Shown one piece after another: positions 43,126 through 52,624 of a DNA stretch of 64,000 bases; the first letter of the stretch is position 1; every line of letters begins with the position of its first letter. The stretch comes from Dehalococcoidia bacterium (GTDB taxonomy: Bacteria > Chloroflexota > Dehalococcoidia > Lucifugimonadales > Lucifugimonadaceae). The stretch covers positions 891,461-955,460 of the forward strand of contig CBDATG010000002.1 of assembly GCA_965200145.1 (NCBI GenBank). The letters run 5' to 3'. Under the pieces are notes generated by a model, which worked only from the letters and a program-made list of their open reading frames with translations, was not told the origin of the DNA and did no database searches. Made by a program: the position numbers and the translations under genes.

Positions 43126-44208
43126 TCAGCTCGACATAGCTACCGAATCGTCATAAAGATGACACGAAACAAATCGGTTGTCGCCCACCGATGCGAATAC
43201 CGGATCAATGCGGCTACAAGGATCCTCAGCTGATGGGCATCGCGGCGCAAACGCACAACCCGCAGGAAGATCAACCAGAGGCGGCGGGATACCAGGTATG
43301 CCCTCCAGACGCTCTCGCTTCTCCGCCAAGTCCGGAACACTGTTGATTAGTAGCCTCGTGTATGGATGCTTTGGATCATCAATAATCTGCGACACCGAAC
43401 CGATATCCACCAACTTCCCGGCATACATAACACCAATCCTATCCGCAAACTGCGCCACGAGACCCATATCGTGGCCGATCAGGATCACCGCTGCTCCCGT
43501 CTCTCGCTGAACAACGCTCAGCGTAGCCATCACCTGACGCTGCACAACGACGTCCAGAGCAGATGTCGGCTCGTCCGCTACTATAACCTTCGGATTCATG
43601 CTCGTAGCCGTCGCTATCGCAACACGTTGCTTCATACCACCGCTCAACTCATGCGGATACATCCTAGCAACCGATTCGCGCAAGCCAACGCGTGCAAGCA
43701 GCATGCGAACATGCTCCGTTAGGTTACTTCGCGAATCCTTGATCCCGTGATCGACCAGACCATCGATTATCTGCGCCTGAATCGTCATCACGGGATTGAG
43801 CGCGTTCATCGCCGACTGAGTGACCAGCGCAATGTCCGCCAACCGTGCGAGGCGCATCTCTTCTTCTTCCAGCTGCACCAGATCAACGCCGTTAATGAGA
43901 GCCTCGCCTCCATCAATGTAACCCGGCGGCTTCGTCAGACGCATCAACGCCATGCCCAGAGTCGTCTTCCCGCAACCCGACTCTCCAACTAACGCCAATC
44001 GCTCACCCTGCTCCAACTTGAAACTTACACCATCGACGGCCTTAACGATGCCAGCCTCAGAATCGTAGTACACCCGCAGTTCGCGCACATCCATCGCCGG
44101 AATCCCTGTCACGCTAGCGCGCGATCCTTGTAGGTCCGCAACCCGCGTCGGAGTGCCGCTAGGACGGGTTGGTGTCACTTCCGCTGGACTCTCGATCGAT
44201 CGCGCCAC
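43126..44208 (-). CDS. ABC transporter ATP-binding protein (DppD/OppD-like), module 3
   Basis: GESGCGKTTLG, LSGGMKQR, IVADEPTSALD, C-terminal GCAFAPRCP. Confidence 0.88.
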   Translation of the reverse strand: MARSIESPAEVTPTRPSGTPTRVADLQGSRASVTGIPAMDVRELRVYYDSEAGIVKAVDGVSFKLEQGERLALVGESGCGKTTLGMALMRLTKPPGYIDGGEALINGVDLVQLEEEEMRLARLADIALVTQSAMNALNPVMTIQAQIIDGLVDHGIKDSRSNLTEHVRMLLARVGLRESVARMYPHELSGGMKQRVAIATATSMNPKVIVADEPTSALDVVVQRQVMATLSVVQRETGAAVILIGHDMGLVAQFADRIGVMYAGKLVDIGSVSQIIDDPKHPYTRLLINSVPDLAEKRERLEGIPGIPPPLVDLPAGCAFAPRCPSAEDPCSRIDPVFASVGDNRFVSCHLYDDSVAMSS

Positions 44209-44211
44209 GGC

Positions 44212-45213
44212 CTAGACTCGCCTCCTCAGCCGCGGATTCGCCCACTCGTCCATGCCACGCGAAACCATGAAAAGACCAAGGAACAGCACGACGATGACAA
44301 AGATCGGCGGTGCCCACCACCACCACCAGCCATTCACCAGAGAACCGTACCAGATGTTGTGATAGATCATCATCCCAAGAGTATTCGAATCGAAGTCGCC
44401 GAGCCCCAACACCTCCAAGCCCACCGAAGCCAGGATCGCAGACGAAACCGCCAACACGAAGTTCGCAACGATAAACGGCATCAAGTTCGGCATCATCTCG
44501 CGAACTATCACCTCCGGTCCAGACATCCCAGAAAGACGCGCCAACTCAACATACGAACGCTGCTTCAATACCAGAACCTGCGAGCGAATCACCCGTGTTG
44601 GACCAAGCCAAGCCAGCAGCGCAATGATCAACGACAACTGCAAGATCGTCATCGCCTGACCACCCGTCAACTGTCGCCAAGCTATCGTGATCACGATCAA
44701 GATTAGCAATCCCGGTATCGTCTGAAGGGTGTCAACCAAGAACCGGATGGTCGCATCGACGACTCCCCCGTAGTAACCCGCAACGAACGCAAGCACAGTG
44801 CCAACCGACGTCCCGATGATCGCCGCGATAAATCCAATCATCAACGTCTGCGGTATACCCAGCGCAAACGATGCCAAAATGTCCTTACCCAACCTGTCTA
44901 TACCCAACAAGTGCAAGTGCTGCTCATCATCATAGGCAAAGCACAGCTCCCTCGGATTCTCCGATGTGTAACAGGGATGAGGGTTGCTGATCGAAGGACG
45001 ATGATTCGGAGGAACGAACGAGTCAACATCCGCATCCTCTGGATCCGTCAAAAACGTGCCAATAGCCCAGAATGCAACTAGCACCAGCATCAGCACAATC
45101 CCGACGATGATCGAAGGATTGCGCTTGGCGTAACGCCAGAGTGCACCCACTCGAGCCGCCGCACGCGAATCGGATCCACCGCGACCGGCCACTGTTGTCT
45201 CCGCTGTCGTCAA
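44212..45213 (-). CDS. ABC transporter permease (DppC/OppC-like), module 3
   Basis: LGIDRLGKDILAS and YVELARLSGMSGPEVIVREMMPN motifs. Confidence 0.85.
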   Translation of the reverse strand: MTTAETTVAGRGGSDSRAAARVGALWRYAKRNPSIIVGIVLMLVLVAFWAIGTFLTDPEDADVDSFVPPNHRPSISNPHPCYTSENPRELCFAYDDEQHLHLLGIDRLGKDILASFALGIPQTLMIGFIAAIIGTSVGTVLAFVAGYYGGVVDATIRFLVDTLQTIPGLLILIVITIAWRQLTGGQAMTILQLSLIIALLAWLGPTRVIRSQVLVLKQRSYVELARLSGMSGPEVIVREMMPNLMPFIVANFVLAVSSAILASVGLEVLGLGDFDSNTLGMMIYHNIWYGSLVNGWWWWWAPPIFVIVVLFLGLFMVSRGMDEWANPRLRRRV

Positions 45214-45225
45214 CGTGAAACTAAC

Positions 45226-46239
45226 CTACGCTTGGCTGTAACTGATCCTAGGATCCAAGAACGGATAGATGAGGTCTATGATCAACATTGCTATCGCGAT
45301 CGCCAACACGACCACAAATACCAAACCCTGGATCACCGCGAAGTCCGAACCTGCAATCGCCTCGTAAAGCGTGAACCCAATCCCTGGGTACGAAAAGACT
45401 CGCTCCACCAGAACAGCACCCGAAACAACGTGCGGCAACGTCAGTGCCAACGCGGTCGTCTGCGGCAGAATGGCATTACGCAAAGCGTATCTGAAGAAGA
45501 TGCGCGAACGCTTCAAACCCTTCGCCTCAGACTGCAACATGTAGTCCTCACCCTGCATCGTGATCATCATTGAGCGCATCCCCAATGCCCAGAAACCCAT
45601 TGACGCGAGGATGATGGATAGCGCAGGTAGTAAGGCATGACGCACAACCTCTAGCAGGAACCCGATGTCCGACCAGTCAGGCAAAGAAGTAGGTTCAAAC
45701 GCTCCCAACAATGGCAACAGCTTCCACTGGAACGCGAATAGCCAAATCAACAACATCCCAAGCAAAAAGTAAGGCACCGCCGCAAGTAGGAAAAAGGGCG
45801 GAAACAGAATCTCGAATGCCGTGCGCGGACCATACTGCCAAGCCAACAACGCTCCTCCGAGCGTTCCCAACGCAAACGTGATGAGAGTAGACGTCAGCAG
45901 CAACCCAATAGACCAAGGCATCGCAGCAGCGATGATCTCGCCAACACTCTGTGGGAACTGCGCTATGGACGTTCCCAGGTCAAACTGTGCAAGCTGTCCC
46001 AGATATGAAAGATATTGAATGATGATCGGACGATCTAGACCCAGCTTCTCGTTATACGTCGCCACCAACGCGGCATAGTCCTCTTGCCGAGTCGTGACGC
46101 CCTCTGCCGCCAATGTCTCAAGCCGAGTCGCTATCGGGTCCTGACCCGAAAGACGCGGCAGAAAGAAGTTGACCGAAGTCGCGACCAACACGACCGCGAT
46201 GAACATCCCAACGCGTCGGGCAAGGTAGTCAATCGTCAT
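45226..46239 (-). CDS. ABC transporter permease (DppB/OppB-like), module 3
   Basis: MTIDYLARRVGMFIAVVLVATSVNFFL N-terminus and LQSEAKGLKRSRIFFRYALRNAILP loop. Confidence 0.85.
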   Translation of the reverse strand: MTIDYLARRVGMFIAVVLVATSVNFFLPRLSGQDPIATRLETLAAEGVTTRQEDYAALVATYNEKLGLDRPIIIQYLSYLGQLAQFDLGTSIAQFPQSVGEIIAAAMPWSIGLLLTSTLITFALGTLGGALLAWQYGPRTAFEILFPPFFLLAAVPYFLLGMLLIWLFAFQWKLLPLLGAFEPTSLPDWSDIGFLLEVVRHALLPALSIILASMGFWALGMRSMMITMQGEDYMLQSEAKGLKRSRIFFRYALRNAILPQTTALALTLPHVVSGAVLVERVFSYPGIGFTLYEAIAGSDFAVIQGLVFVVVLAIAIAMLIIDLIYPFLDPRISYSQA

Positions 46240-46479
46240 TTCGTGTCAGTCAGAGAGCGGTCTGGCGGCGTTCGCGGCGGAACCTAGCCTACAGCGGCAA
46301 TCGACCGCGATCGTCGCGCACGCGCGTCACCGTGCAACCATATGCCACACAGCCATCGCGCACCCATCAGCGCGATCAAGTCGAATACGCCGCGGATGCC
46401 GCCACTGCCAAGCGAAACGGGCATGTTCTCACACAACCCGTGCACGCAATGGCGGCATCCGCAAGGTTTGCGAGTGTGG

Positions 46480-48429
46480 TTACTGCGCAGCTTTCAAGTT
46501 GCCCAAGATGTACGGGAAACCAGTGTGCGGGTGGATCCCGTTCATGTAAGGCTCATAACCTGGAGCATCAGCCGGCCAGTTCGTCCAGTACGTCTCGTTG
46601 CGAGCCACACGGTTGAAGAACTCAAAAAGCGGAACGTCCGGCATGTCCGTCAGCCAGATACGAAGTGCCTCCTCCGTTAGGTCAAGCACCTTCTGCGTGT
46701 CTGGCTCACGAGCCATTGACTCAACGATCGAGTCGAACTCGGCGTTTGAGTAAGACCACCTGTTACCGCCGTTATCAGTGGTGTAAGCCAACAACGTACG
46801 GTAAACGTCACCCGATTGCGACCCGTTGTGTCCAACCAACGAGCACTCGAAGTCACCGCCCTTCGTGTTGCGAGCCCAAACATCCGGCGGTTGCGACCAA
46901 CTCGAATCGATGCCATGACGCTGCAATGTCGACGCTAGTGCAGGACCAAGGTCCGTGAAGTGACCTGAACCAATGATGTTGCACTTGATCGTGTCGCCGT
47001 TCGCATCGGCCCAGAGGTCGTCAGCGTTCTTCGTGTAGCCAGCCGCCATGAGCAACGCATCCGCACCGTCCCTGTCGTACTCGCCAAGTCCGAACTCCTG
47101 CGCCAGAGACTCCATCGCCGCGTTCACATGGGCTAGTCCCGCATACTGCGGCCACGGCCACTTGTTGATACGACCCTTATTCAGGTACGCAGACGCGTTA
47201 ACGCGGTCCCTGTCAATGTACTTGCTGATGGCTGTTCGGACATCAGCGTTGTCCAAGTGTGGCTGCAAACCGTTGATGTGCAACGAAATCGGCCACCAAG
47301 AAACCATGCCCCACTCGCCGTCCGCGTCGCGTCCGGTGTACGTCGTCGCATTCGGGTTCTCGCGCAGAATCGTCTCGACGGTGTCAACTCGCAAGTCGTG
47401 AGTCTCGTCAATCTGGTTGTTGATTAATGCCTGTGCAAGGCCAGTGTCGTCAACGATGTTGTAAAGCACGTAACGCTCAACTTCTGGCAATGGCGCGAAT
47501 CCCGTGACACAGCCCCAATACTGCTCGCAGGTGCGAACACGGTCCAGTACCCGTCTGAACTGGTCGGAGTAGGAAAGCCGCCAGGCGCCAGTCGTTACCG
47601 GACCAGCACCGTCGTTGTATGCGTCGTAGGTCGTCCAGTCCTGTCCGCTCCAAATATGCTCCGGAACTATGTAAGTGCCAGAGTCACCCTTGTAGATGAC
47701 GACCTCGGCATGGAACCTTGGCGAAGGGAAGTTGAAGTTCAGCGTCACCGTAAGCGGATCAACAACCTCAGCGTCTTTCACGAACGTCCTGAACACGCCA
47801 CCACCGCGCACTTCACCATCAGACTGCGCCAACGCGTTGAACGTGTAGGCAACGTCCTCGGCATCGAACGCCTGGCCATCACTCCAGAAAACACCATCGC
47901 GCAGCTTGTAGGTCAACGTAGTCGCATCATCGTTGTACTCGAAACTCGTCGCAAGCCACGGGTAGGAATTCCCGTTGAGGCTGTCAGAGTAGTAGAGAGG
48001 CTCGTGGAAGAACGCAACTCCTTTCTGGTGCGTCCCACCGATGGCGTAAGGACTCCACATGCGGAAGTTAACGCCTTGGCCGAAGCGCGTGCCGGTTACC
48101 ATCGTCCGACTCCGAGGGATCGACGAGACTACCTCCACCTCACGCTCCACCTCTACCGTCTGAAGCACCACGGACTCACGAGTCACTTCAACAGGAACCT
48201 CTACCTGTACCTCACGCTCTACCTCGACCTGGACAGTTTGCACAACGACCGCCTCGCGAGTTACCTCAACAGGAACCTCAACCGTGACAACCCGCTCGAC
48301 TACTCGCTCCTCACCCGGAACGACGACCGTAACCGTCTCCGTAGAGCCGCATGCCACCAACCCGGCCGCGAGTAACGCGCCCGTGATGAGACCGAGCAAC
48401 CCGGCCAAGCCCAACTTGTTTCGTTTCAT
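46480..48429 (-). CDS. ABC transporter substrate-binding lipoprotein, family 5, module 3
   Basis: Lipoprotein signal MKRNKLGLAGLLGLITGALLAAGLVAC, a V/E-rich tether (VVERVVTVEVPVEVTREAVVVQTVQVEVEREVQVEVPVEVTRESVVLQTVEVEREVEV), then a family-5 SBP body. Confidence 0.85.
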   Translation of the reverse strand: MKRNKLGLAGLLGLITGALLAAGLVACGSTETVTVVVPGEERVVERVVTVEVPVEVTREAVVVQTVQVEVEREVQVEVPVEVTRESVVLQTVEVEREVEVVSSIPRSRTMVTGTRFGQGVNFRMWSPYAIGGTHQKGVAFFHEPLYYSDSLNGNSYPWLATSFEYNDDATTLTYKLRDGVFWSDGQAFDAEDVAYTFNALAQSDGEVRGGGVFRTFVKDAEVVDPLTVTLNFNFPSPRFHAEVVIYKGDSGTYIVPEHIWSGQDWTTYDAYNDGAGPVTTGAWRLSYSDQFRRVLDRVRTCEQYWGCVTGFAPLPEVERYVLYNIVDDTGLAQALINNQIDETHDLRVDTVETILRENPNATTYTGRDADGEWGMVSWWPISLHINGLQPHLDNADVRTAISKYIDRDRVNASAYLNKGRINKWPWPQYAGLAHVNAAMESLAQEFGLGEYDRDGADALLMAAGYTKNADDLWADANGDTIKCNIIGSGHFTDLGPALASTLQRHGIDSSWSQPPDVWARNTKGGDFECSLVGHNGSQSGDVYRTLLAYTTDNGGNRWSYSNAEFDSIVESMAREPDTQKVLDLTEEALRIWLTDMPDVPLFEFFNRVARNETYWTNWPADAPGYEPYMNGIHPHTGFPYILGNLKAAQ

Positions 48430-48550
48430 CTATCTTGACCTCCATGATGCATGCCAGGACAATGCGTCAATCTCTGTGAAAGTCGCCCGGGACATCGCAA
48501 CTGATCAACTCTGAAAACGCGCTTCGCAAAACGCGACGCGCAACTTATGC

Positions 48551-48579
48551 ATCATATCGCCTTATGAACTGCATGTCAA
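48551..48579 (-). promoter_or_regulatory. Near-consensus sigma70-type promoter for ABC module 3
   Basis: On the minus strand: TTGACA (48579-48574), 17-nt spacer, TATGAT (48556-48551). It lies about 120 nt upstream of the start codon at 48429. Confidence 0.55.
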
Positions 48580-48790
48580 CTTGCGAATAACACCAAGTGC
48601 AAACCGCGCAGCACGCACTTCGTATGAATCTATGCAATACAACCTGTCAAGCCGTTGGCAGGTGACCTAACAATCCGCAAGATATAGACTCAACTGAAGG
48701 GGTCAGAAAGCAACCGTAAGGCATCGCCTAACTGAATCCCAGTACCAATCAACCTCAGTCGCGCTCCAATTCACGCGAGCCGACCCAACA

Positions 48791-51058
48791 TTGGCAATCC
48801 TCTTGAAATCGCATACACCTCTCATAGACGCGCCCGCAGCGACCCGCTCGCGCGGACTTGCCATAGTTCTAGCCGCCTCGCTAGCAGCACTCCTGGCGTT
48901 CGTCGCGTGCTCCACTGAGGCTTCCGGTAACACAGCGACAGCCCAGCCCCAAACACCTGCCGCTATACCAGCCGCATCGGCCATCATCGTAAAGCCTGCC
49001 CCTGTGGAAGGCAGCATCGAAACAATGATGGACGAACCCATCGCACCATTCACCAATATCGCTCCCGCCGTGCTCGGAGACGACTTCCTGATCGAAAACC
49101 GACACCCTGGAGTAGCTGTCTTCGACTATGACCGCGACGGCGACATGGACTTCTACGTATCCTCCGCCGAGATAAACGCATTGCTTCCTGACACCACCGG
49201 CGGACCGAACAAGCTCTTCCGCAACGAAGGGAACAACCGATACACCGAAGTCGCCGCCAACGCCGGTGTCGACGCTCCCGAAGCCAACAGCACCGGTGTC
49301 GCCGCTTGCGATATTGACAACGACGGATACCAAGACCTGTACGTCGCATCATACGGCAGAATCGGCGATGGCCTCGACTACCGCGCCGCAAGATACTACC
49401 CAGAGCTACCCGCAATCATCAAGGACCGACTGTTCCGAAACAACCAAGACGGTACATTCACCGACATCACAGAAGAAGCGTTCGGCGATGCGGCAAACAT
49501 ACGGTCAGCATTCAGCGTCGCATGTGCAGACGTCGACAACGACGGACTCATCGATATCTTCGTATGCAACCGCATCGATCAGGACTTCCTGTGGTTCGAC
49601 AGACCCGACCACCACGGTCACTACAACGTGCTCTACCACAATAACGGCGACGGGACATTCTCGGACATAACAGAGAGTGCAGGATTGATCTACGGGCCCA
49701 TACTCATGCGAGACCCTTTCGGCGAACCCATCGCCTGGCCAGACCCGCTCACTGGACAAACAGTGCCCGGGTACAACCCCGACCTGATCGATGCATCCGG
49801 CGAGCAGGTAGGCGAACCCACTGGACAGACGCTCGCCGCCCTGTTCTTTGATCACGACGACGACGGCGATGACGACCTTTGGCTCGCAGACGACGGCAGC
49901 AGGATGAAGGTCTTCCGAAACGACTCCGATAGCGGCGAAATACGGTTCACCCAGATTTCACGCGCTATGGGTGTCGACAAGATGGGTGCCTGGATGGGAT
50001 TCGCACTCGGAGACTACGACAGCGACCTAGACATGGATATCTTCGTCACCAACATAGGATTCCATCCACTCACTCGCGAGGCTCCGCTCACACCATCCGG
50101 CGACTGCGCCTACGGACACCGATACGGATGGGGCACATGCTCCCATTTCCTCTTGCGAAACGAAGGCACGAGGGAGATAGATGGTATCGGCACAGTCGGT
50201 GTATTCAACGACGTTGCCGGCGCGACTCACGTGGCACCAAGCCAGGTCATGCCTCCGACGAGTCTGAACCCGAACGAAATACGCCAAGAGTGGCAAGTCC
50301 CAACCGGGCTCGCCGCCTACGACTTCGGATTCGGAACCGTATTCTTCGATGTTGAGAACGACGGCGACCAGGACTTGTACTGGCTCGGCGCAATGTCCGA
50401 CCGCGGCGAAGGGCCCAGCGGACACCTCTTCCCAGGTGCAGGAAGAATGCTCAGAGGAAACGGAAACGGAGAGTTCCAAGACATTACCGTCGAGTCAAGA
50501 CTCCTAGACATCATCGGCGTCGACTACTCCGCTATGGAAAACGGCAACCCAGATTTCAATCCCGCCGCCGCACGCATAAGTGCCGCTTACCACGAAAACG
50601 GCAAAGGACTCGCAAAGGGCGACCTAAACGGCGACGGTTATGTCGACCTGATCGGCACCAATAGCAACGGATGCAGACTAATGAGCCAAGACGAATGCAG
50701 CTGGGACCCCGGTCCTCTCTTCCTCTGGATGAACGCAGGCGGCGACAGCAGTTGGCTGACGATACGCCTGATCGGTGGACGCGCTGTCGGCGAAACCGGC
50801 TCAAACGCGGACGCTATCGGCGCGAAGGTATTCGTCACAGCTAGCAACTCCCAAGGTCCAGTGACATCCCAGGTGCAACACGTCCTTGGCAGCTCAACCT
50901 TCCTCTCTATGAACAGCCTCGAACTAACATACGGACTCGGCGACGCTACGCAGATCGACCGGATCGCCATACAGTGGCCAAGCGGACTAGACCAAGTCAT
51001 CGAGTCCGTTGATATCAATCAGTCTGTAACAATAACCGAAGGGCAAACCCTGAATTAG
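48791..51058 (+). CDS. CRTAC1-family lipoprotein (FG-GAP/VCBS repeats plus ASPIC/UnbV domain), paralog B
   Basis: Lipobox LLAFVAC. The architecture and many peptide runs are shared with paralog A (HHGHYNVLY, FTDITESAGLI, LAAYDFGFGTVFFD.ENDGDQDLYWLGAM, YHENGKG). The start codon is uncertain; the track uses TTG 48791. Confidence 0.85.
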   Translation: MAILLKSHTPLIDAPAATRSRGLAIVLAASLAALLAFVACSTEASGNTATAQPQTPAAIPAASAIIVKPAPVEGSIETMMDEPIAPFTNIAPAVLGDDFLIENRHPGVAVFDYDRDGDMDFYVSSAEINALLPDTTGGPNKLFRNEGNNRYTEVAANAGVDAPEANSTGVAACDIDNDGYQDLYVASYGRIGDGLDYRAARYYPELPAIIKDRLFRNNQDGTFTDITEEAFGDAANIRSAFSVACADVDNDGLIDIFVCNRIDQDFLWFDRPDHHGHYNVLYHNNGDGTFSDITESAGLIYGPILMRDPFGEPIAWPDPLTGQTVPGYNPDLIDASGEQVGEPTGQTLAALFFDHDDDGDDDLWLADDGSRMKVFRNDSDSGEIRFTQISRAMGVDKMGAWMGFALGDYDSDLDMDIFVTNIGFHPLTREAPLTPSGDCAYGHRYGWGTCSHFLLRNEGTREIDGIGTVGVFNDVAGATHVAPSQVMPPTSLNPNEIRQEWQVPTGLAAYDFGFGTVFFDVENDGDQDLYWLGAMSDRGEGPSGHLFPGAGRMLRGNGNGEFQDITVESRLLDIIGVDYSAMENGNPDFNPAAARISAAYHENGKGLAKGDLNGDGYVDLIGTNSNGCRLMSQDECSWDPGPLFLWMNAGGDSSWLTIRLIGGRAVGETGSNADAIGAKVFVTASNSQGPVTSQVQHVLGSSTFLSMNSLELTYGLGDATQIDRIAIQWPSGLDQVIESVDINQSVTITEGQTLN

Positions 51059-51102
51059 AGTCGCACCAACTAACCAACGGCGCGGCGGGATCAAGGATAA
51101 AG

Positions 51103-51816
51103 ATGCGAGAGTTCGACCACACAGAGCTGGACCCTGAACTGTTGGAAGCCGTCGCGATGACACAGATCGTGCGCGCGCCCAAGAAACCACTCGAAACTTT
51201 CGGGGCAACCATCGTCAACTATCACGTCGTCTCAGCTCCGGTGTACCAAGACGTAATACCGGACCAACCAGACGAGTCGTTGATCAGACACGGCATCGTC
51301 AAGGCAGAGAGACCTAAGCTCGTCACGCCCGGATACCTCTCACGCACCGAAGGATTCGGCAATGAAGCGTCCGAATACCTTGACTACCTAACCAATAAGT
51401 TCGGGTCAGACACTCCCGGACTCCTCTACCGATATCACAACGAACCACACTCAACCGACAACGTCTCAGGAAATCCGTTCGATGTCGCAACAAACATCGG
51501 TCAAACCCTTGACAAGCAAAAGAAGACCCTGGAGACGGTGATCCTCGGGGTAAGCGAGCTCTGGGATGTGTGCCTGATGAAGTTCATATACGAGTTCACT
51601 AACCGGTCCAGCAGGTCCAACTTCAGCGAACTCGGATCCAAAGGCCTGCTCGAAGACGACGACGGCATACCTCGCGAAGCAAGACTACACATCGAGAGCC
51701 TGCTTGATAGAGCAAGACGACGCGAGATCGATGCATCCATTGTGCACGATGAGCTGATGCGTTGGGGTGTATTTGAGGAGTACCAGCAGCAGTTCTTCAA
51801 CCTCTTCCGCCGCTGA
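51103..51816 (+). CDS. Hypothetical cytoplasmic protein, 237 aa, no recognised family
   Basis: Uninterrupted ORF with codon usage like its neighbours, starting 44 nt after the CRTAC1-B stop. No signal peptide or TM segment. Confidence 0.5.
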   Translation: MREFDHTELDPELLEAVAMTQIVRAPKKPLETFGATIVNYHVVSAPVYQDVIPDQPDESLIRHGIVKAERPKLVTPGYLSRTEGFGNEASEYLDYLTNKFGSDTPGLLYRYHNEPHSTDNVSGNPFDVATNIGQTLDKQKKTLETVILGVSELWDVCLMKFIYEFTNRSSRSNFSELGSKGLLEDDDGIPREARLHIESLLDRARRREIDASIVHDELMRWGVFEEYQQQFFNLFRR

Positions 51817-51878
51817 GTTAAAGCCGAACGGCGCGACCACGCCCAAAGAGTTCGACCAACGCTAGCGCCAACAGCGCG

Positions 51879-52469
51879 TTAGACGAACTCAGCACCAGCG
51901 GACCTCATCGCTTCAAGCGCATCTTCCTCATCACGCGGACGAAGATTCACCGCCGATATCGAATCCAACACCACCGTCACGCTGTAACCCAGCTGCCGGG
52001 CATCCAGCACCGTCTCCTTGACGCAGTAATCAGTCGCCAATCCGACTACCGTCACTGAACCAACTCTTTCGCCTCTTAGCAACCGGTCCAACTCAGTTCG
52101 ACTGACCGCTCCAGTCTCAGGACTTCGCACGCTGAAACCTGAGTATCCGTCCTCGCCACCCACGCCCTTTCGCACATAGGACGCACTCGGCGCAACTTCC
52201 AGGTCCGGATGTAGCAACGCTCCCCAAGTGCCAGCCACGCAGTGAACAGGCCATACCCCGCCATCCTTAGCAAAGTGCGGCGTCGACTCCGGATGCCAAT
52301 CCTGCGTGTAAACAACCAAGTCGCCCCCGTCTACCGCGGACCGTATCTCTCGGTTAACCGCTTGCAACACGCGCTCCGCACCACGCACATAGAGACTACC
52401 GCGCACATCAGCAAAGTCGTTCTGCATATCAACGACCACAAGCGCAGATGATTGAGTGTTGAATGTCAT
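51879..52469 (-). CDS. pncA: Nicotinamidase/pyrazinamidase (isochorismatase family)
   Basis: ALVVVDMQNDFA, the DWHP...HF metal site, WPVHCV, and the catalytic Cys in VVGLATDYCV. Confidence 0.85.
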   Translation of the reverse strand: MTFNTQSSALVVVDMQNDFADVRGSLYVRGAERVLQAVNREIRSAVDGGDLVVYTQDWHPESTPHFAKDGGVWPVHCVAGTWGALLHPDLEVAPSASYVRKGVGGEDGYSGFSVRSPETGAVSRTELDRLLRGERVGSVTVVGLATDYCVKETVLDARQLGYSVTVVLDSISAVNLRPRDEEDALEAMRSAGAEFV

Positions 52470-52624
52470 CGCAGCTAATTCCAGGTCGCAGTCTCATAAT
52501 CCCTTGGTGTCTCATCGTAGTGACAAGAACGCAGCTAAGCGCGTGTTATTCGCATATCCTAATTGCGAACGCGCGCCCAAGTGCATCGGACGCACGCAAA
52601 CTCTAAACACTGTCGCGAGGAATC

